Source of the DNA: Octopus bimaculoides
Lineage: Eukaryota
Assembly (NCBI RefSeq): GCF_001194135.2
Contig: NC_068994.1
Location: forward strand, 30,955,880-31,017,932
Direction: 5' to 3'
Length of the DNA stretch: 62,053 nt
The position numbers and the translations under genes were made by a program. Positions 23,967-36,779 of the stretch are shown here, in pieces (the stretch's first letter is position 1; the number at the start of each line of letters is the position of its first letter). Below the pieces are notes generated by a model that made no database searches, was not told the DNA's origin, and was given only the letters and a program-made list of their open reading frames with translations.

Positions 23967-24344
23967 CATGCATATGTTATGCCAGTGACTTTTGTCTACC
24001 CTGTCAGGTAGGAGCAGCCTGCTAAACTCCAAAGGTACTGTCTTTACCCGATGCCCCTTCCCCTCCAATGGGTGCACCGACGAAGGGTGTAAACATCGAC
24101 AAAAAAATCATTAAACCGGTATTTCGAACAAAAATACCTGGTGTGGTCTTTGTTCCGTACGGTTTATATAGACACTACCTTATCATTTGCACTGTCCTAA
24201 TACAGCGAACCAGTGACTGTCCCACTGGAGACATGTAGCTAACGACGCTAATGTTCATAGATATATTGCTATACATAAAATGCAGAGTCGTCGACACGAT
24301 TTTGAAAGCTAATATGAGATTGTTTTCATTATTTACACCGCTAG

Positions 24345-24905
24345 AGTTGGCAAGCAGACAGAATCGCTAGCACGCCGGGCGAAATGTTTAGCAGCGGTAT
24401 GTCGTCTGCCGTTACGTTCTGAGTTCAAATTTCGCCGAGGATGACTTTGCCTTTCATCCTTCGGAGTCGATAAATTAAGTACCAGTTGCGTACTGGAGTC
24501 GATCTAATCGACTGGCCCCCTTCTCAAAAATGCCGGGCCTTGTGCATAGAGTAGAAAAGAATCGTCAGCAGGCCGAGTAAAATGCTTAGCAGCATTTCGT
24601 CCGTCTTTCGCCGTGGTCCACTTTGCTTTCATCCTCTTGGCATGTATAAGTACCAGTTGTGCACCAGGGTCGATGTAATCGACTTACCTTACCCCAAACT
24701 TGCTAGCCTTGAGCCAAAATTTGAAACCATTATTTACACCGCTACATGCGGTGACGTCACAGAATCGTTGGCATGTCTGAAAAAGTCTTACTGTATCTAT
24801 TCCAGATTTTTACATTTTGAATTCAAAACATCGAGGTCAACTTAACTTTGCTTCTCATCCTTTCGAGATCGAGAAAATAAAGTAGCAGTCAAGTACTGGG
24901 GCCAA
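24345..24905 (+). mobile_element. Three head-to-tail SINE family A copies (second and third partial)
   Basis: Repeated head, B-box and core segments. The linker attatttacaccgcta recurs at about 24328 and about 24729. Confidence 0.8.
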
Positions 24906-25711
24906 ATTGCAGCCTTTTGCTAAAACAGAAACGGTTAATGCTTCTTCTTGGAAATTGTCATACATCACTTACAAAAACCAACGAAAACTCTACACGCGCT
25001 TCAAAAAAAAGGAATGAACATCATACATCTAAATTCATTCATCTGTGCAATGACAGCTCCATTATAACTTGTGGTTATCATGGCTATCATAGAGGTATTA
25101 CTCTTTCGTAGGGCAACTCCAGTCTATGTTTGGAAGTTGGCTTTATAGATGGCAAGCTACGCATTTTCTTTACACTTTACATTATGAGCTAATTTCATTT
25201 GCTAACTAATGTTGGTAAGCTATTCAACCCTGGAGTTTATATAACGCTGAATTATTTAAAAGTGGTGTCGCACGTTGTGCATTTCCCTACGTCCTTGGGG
25301 GAAATAACTAACACTGTCTAACGGTTAACGCTTTGTGTTTAATTAATTTATAGAGATTATGTGTCCTTGTAAGAAGAGAGGGGGAGACTGGGAATTTTTT
25401 TTTTTAATTTATGAGATGACAATAGTTTCACAAGAGTGAAAATTTATTGGTAATTTGAGCTAATCACCTTTGTGAAGTGCTTTTGTTTTTAGTGGCGGTG
25501 GTGGCGGCGGCGGCAGCGGCGGTGGTGGTAGTGGTGGTAGTGGTGATAGTGGTGGTGGTGGTGATAGTGGTGATGGTGGTTGTGGTGGTGAACCTTAAGT
25601 CATATTTTAGTGAGCAGACATTTTATAAAAGCCATTCGGTCTGTTCTTGTTTTTGACACCGTGAATCCTTAACTATATTATAGAATGTCTTTTCTCTTTT
25701 ATAACTTTAGT

Positions 25712-25772
<61 letters not shown>

Positions 25773-25914
25773 GTGTGTGTGCGTATGTATGCGTGTGCGT
25801 TAGTATGCGTGTGCGTATGTATGCGTGTGCAAACGTGCAATTTGTGTGTGTGCATGACTGCTATTTTTAGCAAGTGGGGGCCACTGGTTTAAGGCTTTCC
25901 TATTTGCTCTTTTA

Positions 25915-26122
25915 TTATTTTTAGGTGTTTCAGTCATTTGACAGCAGCCATGCTGGAGCACCGCCTTGGAGGGTTTTAGCCGAGTAAATCGACCCCATGG
26001 CTTATTTCGTAAACCTGGTACTTATTCTATTGATCATTTGTGCCGAACCGCTATGTTACAGGGACGTAAACACACCACCACCAGTTATCAAACGGTGATG
26101 GGGAACAAACACAGACACAAAG

Positions 26123-26125
<3 letters not shown>
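25915..26125 (-). mobile_element. SINE family B 3' tail segment
   Basis: Reverse complement of the tail seen at 26920-27126. Confidence 0.8.
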
Positions 26126-26172
<47 letters not shown>

Positions 26173-26861
26173 NNNNNNNNNNNNNNNNNNNNNNNNNNNN
26201 NNNNNNNNNNNNNNNNNNNNNNNNNNNNNNNNNNNNNNNNNNNNNNNNNNNNNNNNNNNNNNNNNNNNNNNNNNNNNNNNNNNNNNNNNNNNNNNNNNNN
26301 NNNNNNNNNNNNNNNNNNNNNNNNNNNNNNNNNNNNNNNNNNNNNNNNNNNNNNNNNNNNNNNNNNNNNNNNNNNNNNNNNNNNNNNNNNNNNNNNNNNN
26401 NNNNNNNNNNNNNNNNNNNNNNNNNNNNNNNNNNNNNNNNNNNNNNNNNNNNNNNNNNNNNNNNNNNNNNNNNNNNNNNNNNNNNNNNNNNNNNNNNNNN
26501 NNNNNNNNNNNNNNNNNNNNNNNNNNNNNNNNNNNNNNNNNNNNNNNNNNNNNNNNNNNNNNNNNNNNNNNNNNNNNNNNNNNNNNNNNNNNNNNNNNNN
26601 NNNNNNNNNNNNNNNNNNNNNNNNNNNNNNNNNNNNNNNNNNNNNNNNNNNNNNNNNNNNNNNNNNNNNNNNNNNNNNNNNNNNNNNNNNNNNNNNNNNN
26701 NNNNNNNNNNNNNNNNNNNNNNNNNNNNNNNNNNNNNNNNNNNNNNNNNNNNNNNNNNNNNNNNNNNNNNNNNNNNNNNNNNNNNNNNNNNNNNNNNNNN
26801 NNNNNNNNNNNNNNNNNNNNNNNNNNNNNNNNNNNNNNNNNNNNNNNNNNNNNNNNNNNNN

Positions 26862-27126
26862 AAGAAGCCCGTCGTATATATGTATATATATATATATGTA
26901 TGTGTGTGTATATGTTTATGTGTCTGTGTTTGTCCCTCCAACATCGCTTGACAACCGATGCTGGTGTGTTTACGTCCCCGTAACTTAACGGTTCGGCTAA
27001 AGAGACCGATAGAATAAGTACTAGGCTTACAAAGAATAAGTCCTGGGGTCGATTAGCTCGACTAAAAGGCGGTGCTCCAGCATGGCCACAGTCAAATGAC
27101 TGAAACAAGTAAAAGAGTAAAAGAGT
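26862..27126 (+). mobile_element. SINE family B: core end, internal (TA)/(TG) microsatellite and 3' tail
   Basis: aagaagcccgtcg-(ta)n(tg)n-tgtctgtgtttgtccc...cggttcggc.aaagagaccgatagaataagtact...ggcggtgctccagcatggcc..agtcaaatgactgaaacaagtaaaagagtaaaagagta. Confidence 0.85.
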
Positions 27127-27928
27127 ATATGCATATATCCATACATATATGTACATACCTACATCTATATGTTTACATACATGCATATATGGGTAGAGGA
27201 CATCAAAAAAACGTTAAACACAGTGAGAAACGAAAACAAAGACGAAAACAGAAAACGAACTTTTTTTGAACAACGAAAAAACACAAACGGAGAAACGAGA
27301 CATGCCACATACTGAGTATAACCCTTCGTCAATTGTCCCTGTCCCATCTACTCCGCGTTTCGAAGGCAAGGACAATACGCGATTTCGTTGAAACAGTCAT
27401 TCCCGCAAAGCAAATTAAATTTGGAATTTTTTGCGGAGGGTGAAAGTGTTAACAAGTACAGGACAGTGAGAACAAGACAGTAAAAACAAACAGTGAGGGC
27501 TGTTAAGCTAAGACGATAGAAAAATTATCATGAACGCTAGATTGACGTGCATGAGAGAAGAGACAGAAAAAAATACGTCTTTTCTATAAGAAGGCAGTGG
27601 GCAGAAAGAGAGATCCTCTTTCGTCACGTGTCAGCGACGAGAGGGTCAAGGAGAAACAGTGAGAGAGAGATAGAACTGTGAAAGGGAGGGAAGAATAGGG
27701 AAAGGGTGGGAGTGAAAAACAGAAAGGATGAAGAACAAAAGAGGGAGATAGACAGACAGGGAAGTGATAGTAATAGTACCAGAGTGCGCATTGTAATTAT
27801 TAAGATAAAACTTACTTGGAAAAGGATGCGTGGCGTTCGATCATATAATAATATGAATATGAATAATATATAAGCATATGCATATATCCGTACATATATG
27901 TACATACCTACATCTATATGTATACATA
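27127..27928. mobile_element. About 800-bp unit bounded by about 53-bp direct repeats, possible Penelope-like remnant
   Basis: atatgcatatatcc(a/g)tacatatatgtacatacctacatctatatgt(t/a)tacata occurs at 27127-27179 and 27876-27928. Confidence 0.55.
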
Positions 27929-27961
27929 TATATATATATATATATATACTGTATATATATA

Positions 27962-28118
27962 TACGACGGACTTCTTTCAGTTCCCGTCTACCAAATCCAC
28001 TCACAAGGCTTTGTTTGGCCCGAGGCTATATTAGAAGACACTTGCCGAAAGTACCATGCAGTGGGACTGAACCAGAACCATGAAGTTGGGAAGCAAACTT
28101 CTTACCGCAGTCACGCTC
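27962..28118 (-). mobile_element. SINE family B
   Basis: Reverse of the family B head and core. Confidence 0.85.
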
Positions 28119-28227
28119 GCGGCTGTGTGGAACGCTTTAATCTAAGGTTCAATGTAAACTTGTATCCAAGTTAGACAGTTTCGTTTTCTAATAGGATATT
28201 GATAATCCTTTTTATACTTTTGTAATA

Positions 28228-28395
28228 TTGGTTTCAAGTTTTGGCACAAGGCCAGCAATTTCGAGGGAGAGGCTAAGCCGATTACATAGACTCTGACGTT
28301 CAACTGGAAATTGTTTTAGCGACTCCGAAGGATGAAAGGCAAAATCGACCTCAACGGAATTTGAACTCAGAACGTAAAGACGGGCGAAATGCCGC
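28228..28395 (-). mobile_element. SINE family A, partial
   Basis: Core and B-box segment in reverse. Confidence 0.8.
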
Positions 28396-29047
28396 TACTT
28401 TAGTAATATTATCGATTCGATAATCTGCTGCATTTAAAGGGACAATTGTAAAAATCATAAGCAATTCGAAAGTAAAGTTAGCTAGGGTGAAATTTACTGA
28501 TATTCTGAGGGAATGACCAACTCTATACACTCACCGAGGAATCTTCTATGTGACCACTCAACACGTTAAATATGACAGCCATATTTTCCTCAAATCATTT
28601 CCTCGAATTACAACGTACTGTCTTAAAAGTGGTAAAACACAGTAGATAATATATTCTGGGGTAGACTATTCCTGAAAAATATGTAAACGATAAGAGAGTG
28701 ATGATTGGGAAGCTTTTGGTTATAGTTCTACTGGACAATCAAGCAATTACGATAAATTCTAATTATGATATCATTAATTGCTATATATAAGAAACCAGTT
28801 TTGGTCATTGAAAACAAAAACCCTTAATCGCTGAACATTAATATTTCTTGTCACGAGGTAGGAGACAAAATTACAAAGAGTGAAGAAATTGAATGTCATG
28901 GCGTTTATTTCTTTTAGACGAATTATTGACTTAAATGAACTAAACTGGCTTTGACCGAGTATCGAAGCCTGCTCACAGAATCAAATCTCCGTGAAGTTTG
29001 AGCTTTATAACATAACATTGCCGAACCAAAAGGAAAACTTTTACGTA

Positions 29048-29220
29048 GTCGCTCGACCTGACAGAAATAGCAAAAAATTCTCCCCGCAATTTATATCATA
29101 CATTCTTTCAAAAACAGTAAGGTAGTTATACGCTGAAATCTGAGACGAGTCCAAAAGAGAGTACTGTCACTGTTGAAATAATTTTGAGTGTAGATCTACG
29201 CGATCAGGATTGACCTAGGG
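29048..29220 (+). repeat. Unclassified dispersed repeat family
   Basis: Variants of gacctg.tagaaatagca...aaat.t.cc.caaat...ctgtctt.aaaa occur at about 17540-17640, 28560-28740, 29048-29220 and 60500-60660. Confidence 0.5.
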
Positions 29221-29776
29221 CCAAAGAACAACAGCAGCAGTTTATGGTCAAGGTGTCAGTCACGGTATGGATGTAGTCCTATTACATAAAACTGAAACAG
29301 GATGGTCATAGGAGGGTCACAACATCACTAATGTAACAATCGCAGCAGAACAATAATAAATTCACAACAGTCCACTTTGTTATTTGAATTCGATCCTTGA
29401 CTGCAGTTGTTTGCTTGGATTAACTTTTGATACTGACTTCGATTTATGGTTCAAGAATATTGGAAGAGGTCATTCAGTACGCTTTGTTGTTCAATTTGAA
29501 ATGTTGCTTCTTTCAAGATGAAAATTCCGAATCGATGTATTTTATATATTTTGAGCTACCTTCTACTTTTTTTAAAATATTTATCTTGCCTCCTCTTTCC
29601 TCCTTTAATAGAAAACTAATTCAACTTCATGCATTATCAGAAATACGTTTGGTTTATATCTCAGCATACAATTCAGCGAATGAAAGCTTTAAGTCAATCG
29701 GCTACTGATCTTCTTGCTGTAACATAATTCATCTATATAAGTATGTGTGTGTGCACGTGTTTGTGTGCGTGCGCGC

Positions 29777-29833
<57 letters not shown>

Positions 29834-30747
29834 TGTGTGTGTGTGGGNNNNNNNNNNNNNNNNNNNNNNNNNNNNNNNNNNNNNNNNNNNNNNNNNNNNN
29901 NNNNNNNNNNNNNNNNNNNNNNNNNNNNNNNNNNNNNNNNNNNNNNNNNNNNNNNNNNNNNNNNNNNNNNNNNNNNNNNNNNNNNNNNNNNNNNNNNNNN
30001 NNNNNNNNNNNNNNNNNNNNNNNNNNNNNNNNNNNNNNNNNNNNNNNNNNNNNNNNNNNNNNNNNNNNNNNNNNNNNNNNNNNNNNNNNNNNNNNNNNNN
30101 NNNNNNNNNNNNNNNNNNNNNNNNNNNNNNNNNNNNNNNNNNNNNNNNNNNNNNNNNNNNNNNNNNNNNNNNNNNNNNNNNNNNNNNNNNNNNNNNNNNN
30201 NNNNNNNNNNNNNNNNNNNNNNNNNNNNNNNNNNNNNNNNNNNNNNNNNNNNNNNNNNNNNNNNNNNNNNNNNNNNNNNNNNNNNNNNNNNNNNNNNNNN
30301 NNNNNNNNNNNNNNNNNNNNNNNNNNNNNNNNNNNNNNNNNNNNNNNNNNNNNNNNNNNNNNNNNNNNNNNNNNNNNNNNNNNNNNNNNNNNNNNNNNNN
30401 NNNNNNNNNNNNNNNNNNNNNNNNNNNNNNNNNNNNNNNNNNNNNNNNNNNNNNNNNNNNNNNNNNNNNNNNNNNNNNNNNNNNNNGTGTGTATATATAT
30501 ATATATATATGTATATACATACAAGAGCGGAACACACACACGCGCGCACTCGCACTCGCACGCGCATGCACTCATACACACACACACTATATATATATAT
30601 ATATATATTTATGCATATACATACGTACATACATACATACATACATACATACATACATACATACGTACGTACGTATGTATGTATGTACGTATGTATGTAC
30701 GTATGTATGTATGTATGTATGTATGTATGTATGTATGTATGTCTATA

Positions 30748-31992
30748 CAGGGATTAGATGAAATAATGGAAACACCTTAAAATTTCAAACAAATTTATTT
30801 TAATATGAATTCTACGAGGTATAGACTCGTAGAAAGTTTGAATTGTTTCCAAAGCAATTTTTATCCATTCTTCCGCTAAAACAGTCTCCAGTTCTTGTAG
30901 TGATGATGATAGCAGATATCGTCTCCTTACTTGTTTTTCTAAAATGCACCATAAATGTTCAATAATGTTGAGATGTGGGGACTGTGGTGGCCAGATAAGA
31001 TGGTCAACCTCACTAGTATGTTCCTTGTGCCATTCAGTAACAACCTTAGCTGTGTGAATTGGTGCATTATCATCCTGAAAGATTGCGGTTCTCTCTAGAA
31101 TCAGTTCCGCAACCATAGGATGAGTTTGTTCAAATAAAATGATTAAATAGTCTTGACTATTAATTCTGCCATGAAGGGAAACCATTGGGTCGGCGGATTT
31201 CCAAGATATAGCCCCCACCCCAGATCATCACAGATCCTCCTCCATGTTTAACAGTTGGATGAAGGCAGTCTGGGTCAAATGCCTTTTTTTTTTTTGCTGT
31301 CTCCACACGTATACTCGGTCAGTGGTCAGAAATAAGATAAAGGATGACTCGTCCGAGAAAATAACATTCTTCCACTGGTCTAGAGACCAATTCTGTAGGT
31401 TTTTACTCCACTCTAAAAGCTTTGCAACGTTTGTTTTTGAAAGTAGTGGTTTTCTGATTGCAGCCCTCCCGTGATATCCAGCTCTGTGCAGCTCCTGGCG
31501 AACAGTTTTTGTGGAGACTGAATTCTCGAGGTGGTCATTAAGCTCTGTAGTAATTTGGGGAGCTGTACTTTTGTGATCCTTTCTAACAATTCGTGTAAGA
31601 GTCCAACGGTCCCTATCTGAATTTTTTTGTTTTCTTCCAGAGTTTTGTTTTGACGAGGAGGTTTTTTTCCTCTTTCTCAAAGGCTGTCATTACTTTCGAG
31701 ACAGTACTTCTTGATACACTATACAGTTTGGCTGTTTTCTTTACGTTAGCGCCTGCCATACGAGCACCAACAATTTGACCTCTTTGAAAGTCCGATAGAT
31801 CTGTCATTTTATTGAATTTTAATTACCTTTTTCTGATATCTGAAAAGAAACAGTAATTTTAGCAAAACATATTAAGCAACACTTATAATAAATCAAAAAG
31901 CATAAAATAAACAAGCTTTTGACGGTTTTATAGATATTTCAAAATTATGATGCCATGATACTAGATGTTTCCATTATTTTGTCCAACCCCTG
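30748..31992 (-). mobile_element. Near full-length Tc1-like DNA transposon with DD36E triad (frameshifted transposase)
   Basis: 1245 bp with TA on both flanks. The 27-bp imperfect TIRs are CAGGGATTAGATGAAATAATGGAAACA and CAGGGGTTGGACAAAATAATGGAAACA. The transposase is split over 31807-31613, 31680-31228 and 31218-30754, with HTH GQIVGARMAG, FSDESSF, FQDDNAPIH and WPPQSPHLNIIE. There are 36 residues between D and E. Confidence 0.93.
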
Positions 31993-32117
31993 TATANNNN
32001 NNNNNNNNNNNNNNNNNNNNNNNNNNNNNNNNNNNNNNNNNNNNNNNNNNNNNNNNNNNNNNNNNNNNNNNNNNNNNNNNNNNNNNNNNNNNNNNNNNNN
32101 NNNNNNNNNNNNNNNNN

Positions 32118-32180
<63 letters not shown>

Positions 32181-33070
32181 CGCGTGCGTGTGTGTATGTA
32201 TGTATGTATGTATGTATGTATGTATGTATCAAGTAGACGAAAATATCCCTTTAATTTTCTTTACAACAAAAACAAACTGTACTTTCTGAAAGAAAGAAAT
32301 TCAATAAATATATATTACAATTTCTTTGGTGTAAGAACGTTAATTTATTCTGCTTTGTATGACTGGAGCTATCGCTGTCGTTTGGTCTCACACAATGCGA
32401 ATGTATTGGCCCTGCGCCTAAGAAAGACATGAAGTTATTCATATGAATCTCGCCTCAAGTATGCAAATCATTGAAGGATAATAGCTAAAATGTTATGTCT
32501 GTAAACTGTAGCTCGGACACACTGGTCAATATAAATAACAATGACGTCTAATTTAACGATTGCCAGAGTAAAGATCGAAAAATGAAAAGCAAAATAGATT
32601 ATTCATACTGCCGCCATTTTTGAACGCTGATGTGAAGTTATAATATGAACATATTGAACTGTAATACTTTCTATTGATTTCTTATGAAATTTCCATTAGT
32701 ACAAAATAAATACTTTTTTTTCAGCTTATGACAATAGTCGTGACATACTTAATTGTAATACAGTCTATTGATATTCCTTTTGAACTAATGACATCACGAT
32801 GATGAGAGACTAGAAGTAATGATCGCGACGATAATAATTTCTTTACTCGTCGCAAGGGCAAAAGAGCGACAAAACTGTAAAAACATAGAAATAAACGAGT
32901 ATATTATACGATAATAAGTGTAGATTTATTTTCTTTTGGCCTAAACGAACGAACGCACAAACGAGAAACTCGAAATAGATAAAAAAGGAAATGTCAACCT
33001 CGAACGAATAAATAAACTCTCCTAATGTGTGTGTATATATTGTATATATATATGAATGTATGTATGTGTT

Positions 33071-33126
<56 letters not shown>

Positions 33127-33362
33127 CACATATATATACATACATATACATATGTGTGTGTNNNNNNNNNNNNNNNNNNNNNNNNNNNNNNNNNNNNNNN
33201 NNNNNNNNNNNNNNNNNNNNNNNNNNNNNNNNNNNNNNNNNNNNNNNNNNNNNNNNNNATATATATATATATATATATATATAAATATATATACATATAT
33301 GTATACATATATACACGTATATGTGTGTGTGAGTGTGTGTGAGAGAGAGAGTGAGAGAAAGA

Positions 33363-33448
<86 letters not shown>

Positions 33449-33594
33449 TAGGTATTGGTATCTAGAAGTCCCAAGGAGTGGCATGTAACGCTAAGTAAGC
33501 GCTGTCGACAGACCGTAGTTAAACTCTTGGTTCGATAGTGATACGAGTGAGGAGTCTAATGTAGGTTTTGTATTAGCATGTATATATTAAACAA

Positions 33595-33818
33595 AATGAG
33601 ATAACAAAGCCAAGGTTGTGAAGAGTTTTCAGGACATTTATAAGGAAAAAGATATAGATATAGTCTTACAGCTGTTTCTGGAATATTATGTAATATTTGT
33701 AAATCGTCTCTGATGAAGGGACATCCATAATATCTCAGAAACAGCTGTAAGACTATATCCATACGTTTTTCCTTATAAAAGTCCTGAAAACTCTTCACAG
33801 CCTTGGTTTTATCTCATT
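33595..33818. repeat. Fold-back element with about 95-bp inverted arms
   Basis: 33595-33690 is the reverse complement of 33726-33818 with few mismatches; the spacer is about 35 bp. Confidence 0.92.
33706..33753 (+). ncRNA. Minimal type-I hammerhead ribozyme-like motif
   Basis: GTCT CTGATGA a GGGAcAT-ccata-ATaTCTC a GAAA C-AGCT-G TA AGAC. The CUGAUGA and GAAA core is canonical and the triplet is GUA, but there is an A.A apposition at the base of stem II. Confidence 0.65.
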
Positions 33819-33992
33819 CTGTCTAAGATATATATATATATTATATACCCAGGCTTATTCCCCATTTTTATGAGTGGAAAGCCACAACAGACTCTGAAAA
33901 GACGAAGTTAACTTTGCGTATAAGGCTGAAACAAATACGTTGAGCATTTAAACCAACACTCTCACGATTCTGTTAAGATAAGTGTGTGCGTT

Positions 33993-34085
<93 letters not shown>

Positions 34086-34296
34086 ATACATATATACATG
34101 CATACATACATACATACATACTGTATATCTACGTATATAAAGATACTAGCTTGAAACAGTTTTAGTTTATACACCAATATACAAAACACTGACTATCTTG
34201 GAGTAGCAGAGATATTTAGTGTGAGAGAAACATTCCCAATGAGACTTTTGTGTCAAAATTACTGACCTTCGCTTTGGTCGCCTGTGGATCACCAGA

Positions 34297-34328
34297 AACG
34301 ATGTTTCGATCTGATCTAGTCTCTTCAG
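34297..34328 (-). ncRNA. Degenerate hammerhead-like motif
   Basis: Minus strand: CTGAAGA GACT-agatc-AGaTC GAAA C-ATC-G TT. Stem I is not recoverable. Confidence 0.4.
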
Positions 34329-36655
34329 TAACGAATACCTTGGACCTTCTGAACGAAGCCGAAGATCATTGTTCCAATATCGAAATCAGCAAAGAAAACA
34401 TTTATTGATTTTCCCTGAAAATAAGCGAGGCTAGAATTAAATTGATATAGAGACCATGATTTTAAAACAAAAGTCTTTCTGAGGTTTTTTTTCTGAGAAA
34501 CAATATCACTATCACAGCTAGTGCTGTAAAAATTTTCGTTTACGACAAAATGATGTTAATATACCATCGTCAGCTCAGAACGCTCTGTACTGGACTGATG
34601 GATGCATTTCAAAGTCGCTAGTTTTCTCAGTATCCGATACCAAGAGAGGCAACTACGAGCTGACCAGAAAGCTTTGCTTCTTTTATCGTAAATCAGTCAA
34701 TATTATTTACTGATGGCGCATATTTACCATCAGACTGGAACAAATTCGTGAGTAGATGCGTGAAGCAGTAACAGAAAGTATACATACTTGTGCAGAGAAG
34801 AACACGGGAATCCCTTGAGATTTTTTGATAAAAACTTTTATTCTTTCCGTACACAAAAATTACTGTCATTACTACGAACGACAAAATGTTGAAAGAATTT
34901 TGAACGTTATTGCTTTTTGCGTGATTGTAATAGTAGTCAAAAGTTAGCTGCTGGTTGTGTTGATGTCTACAACTGTTCGCAAATATTCGCCACCCGTCTG
35001 CAGTCTCATCTCTACCATTTCTCAGTACTCTTTCTGCTGTCCCCCAAAGCTTTCTCTCTAATAGTCATGGAGTGTCGAATTTATACTGATTGATAGGCTT
35101 AGAAGGAATCGCGAAAACATCGCTGGAGCCTACTCCACATGAAGTCGTGATTGGTCAGACTGTATTGATCACGTGGGCAATATTCTAGCGAATTGCGACA
35201 TCGAGTGATTGGTGAATATTCCCGCTACATACTTAAGGCCAGTTTAAATATGTTTAAGATATATTTGAACTCGTAAAAGCTTTTCACTGCAGTTTGTCTT
35301 TCTGTAAAACATTGATTTATCCAAATCTGGGAAAATATAAGTTTCTGCAAGTAAACAAATAATAACTCTAAAAATCTTATAGTCTGAAACAAAACTAGAA
35401 TTTTAACAGAGTGAAACTCAAATATCTGGATGTTTTTCTAGACTGTAAATTAACTTTTAGGAAACCCTCAAATAATCTAAGGTTCACAATGAGTGTACGT
35501 GATAATATTCTACAAAAACTAATAACTTCCCAGTGAGGTGCGGGTTCTGAAGCACTCAGAATAGCAGCTCTATCTGTTTGCTATTGAGCATCCAAAGTTG
35601 AGTAACTAGTATGAGCTAGAAATTCATATATATGATCTTTGGACACTGTTCTTGACGCGACATGCCGATATATAATTGATTGCGTCAGGTCCACTAACAG
35701 TGATAATATTTTCATGCCATTTAGCATTGTATCACTTGATATCAGGACGGATGTTGTCATAAAAGCTAGGTGACCACAGTAGATGTTTGAGGAAAGGCAT
35801 CCATTATATGAATATCTTGAAATACGAACAAAATTAAAATCATGATAAAGTTTCATTTCATCCCACCATTACTGTAGATGTTTCTAAAGAATCTCACATA
35901 CCACAAACTTTAATAGAAGGAATTATTTCACCAATATCAGCTATGAAGACGGACCTAGGCGAAAGTGTGTTTAAATGGAGAGAGTATAGAATTTTTTAAA
36001 TTGATTCCATATTGGATTTGGCCTAACCCGAGGCACTAAAAGTGAAATAAGGATAAAAGGTGAAATCCCCTTTCTGCGGTTGTGGAACAGTCCAAATCAT
36101 GAGTCACGTGCTGATTTGTCGATTATTGGATTTCACTTATTGATTGGAGGACTTTGGAAATAATTCAAACAATGTACAAGATTGTGTGAAAAAAATAGAA
36201 AGATTTCATACAAAGACACATAATGATGATGACGAGAAGAAGAAGAAGAAGAAAAAGAAGAATAACAACAACAACAACAATCTTGTTTTAAGACTACTTG
36301 TACGAATTTGTTAACCATTTATTAGCATTTTATTATTTTCTACTTATTTTTGCTCTCCCTTTTATTGATTACCCAAATCCCCTCCCCTACATGCACTCAC
36401 GTAGACATAGTTTCTGGCTCACTAGAACAATATTAGCTGGATAACAAAAAAAAAAAGCAAAGCTAGTTTTCCAATAATACTTACTAATAGAAAGAAAATA
36501 AATCTGACTGCTGTTTAATAACTTTGGTTGTGTTTGGATATCTAATTTCGGGTGTTTAGCTTCTTAGGTCCATTACTTATAAGTCTTATGTCTCCTTGTC
36601 ATTTGATCACGTGAATATACATACATACATACATACATACATATACACACACACG

Positions 36656-36689
<34 letters not shown>

Positions 36690-36779
36690 CATACATATAC
36701 ACATACATATATATGTGCGTGTACGTATATATAAATGTATCGACTCTGTTATTGTGTGTCATATACATATTTATATAGT

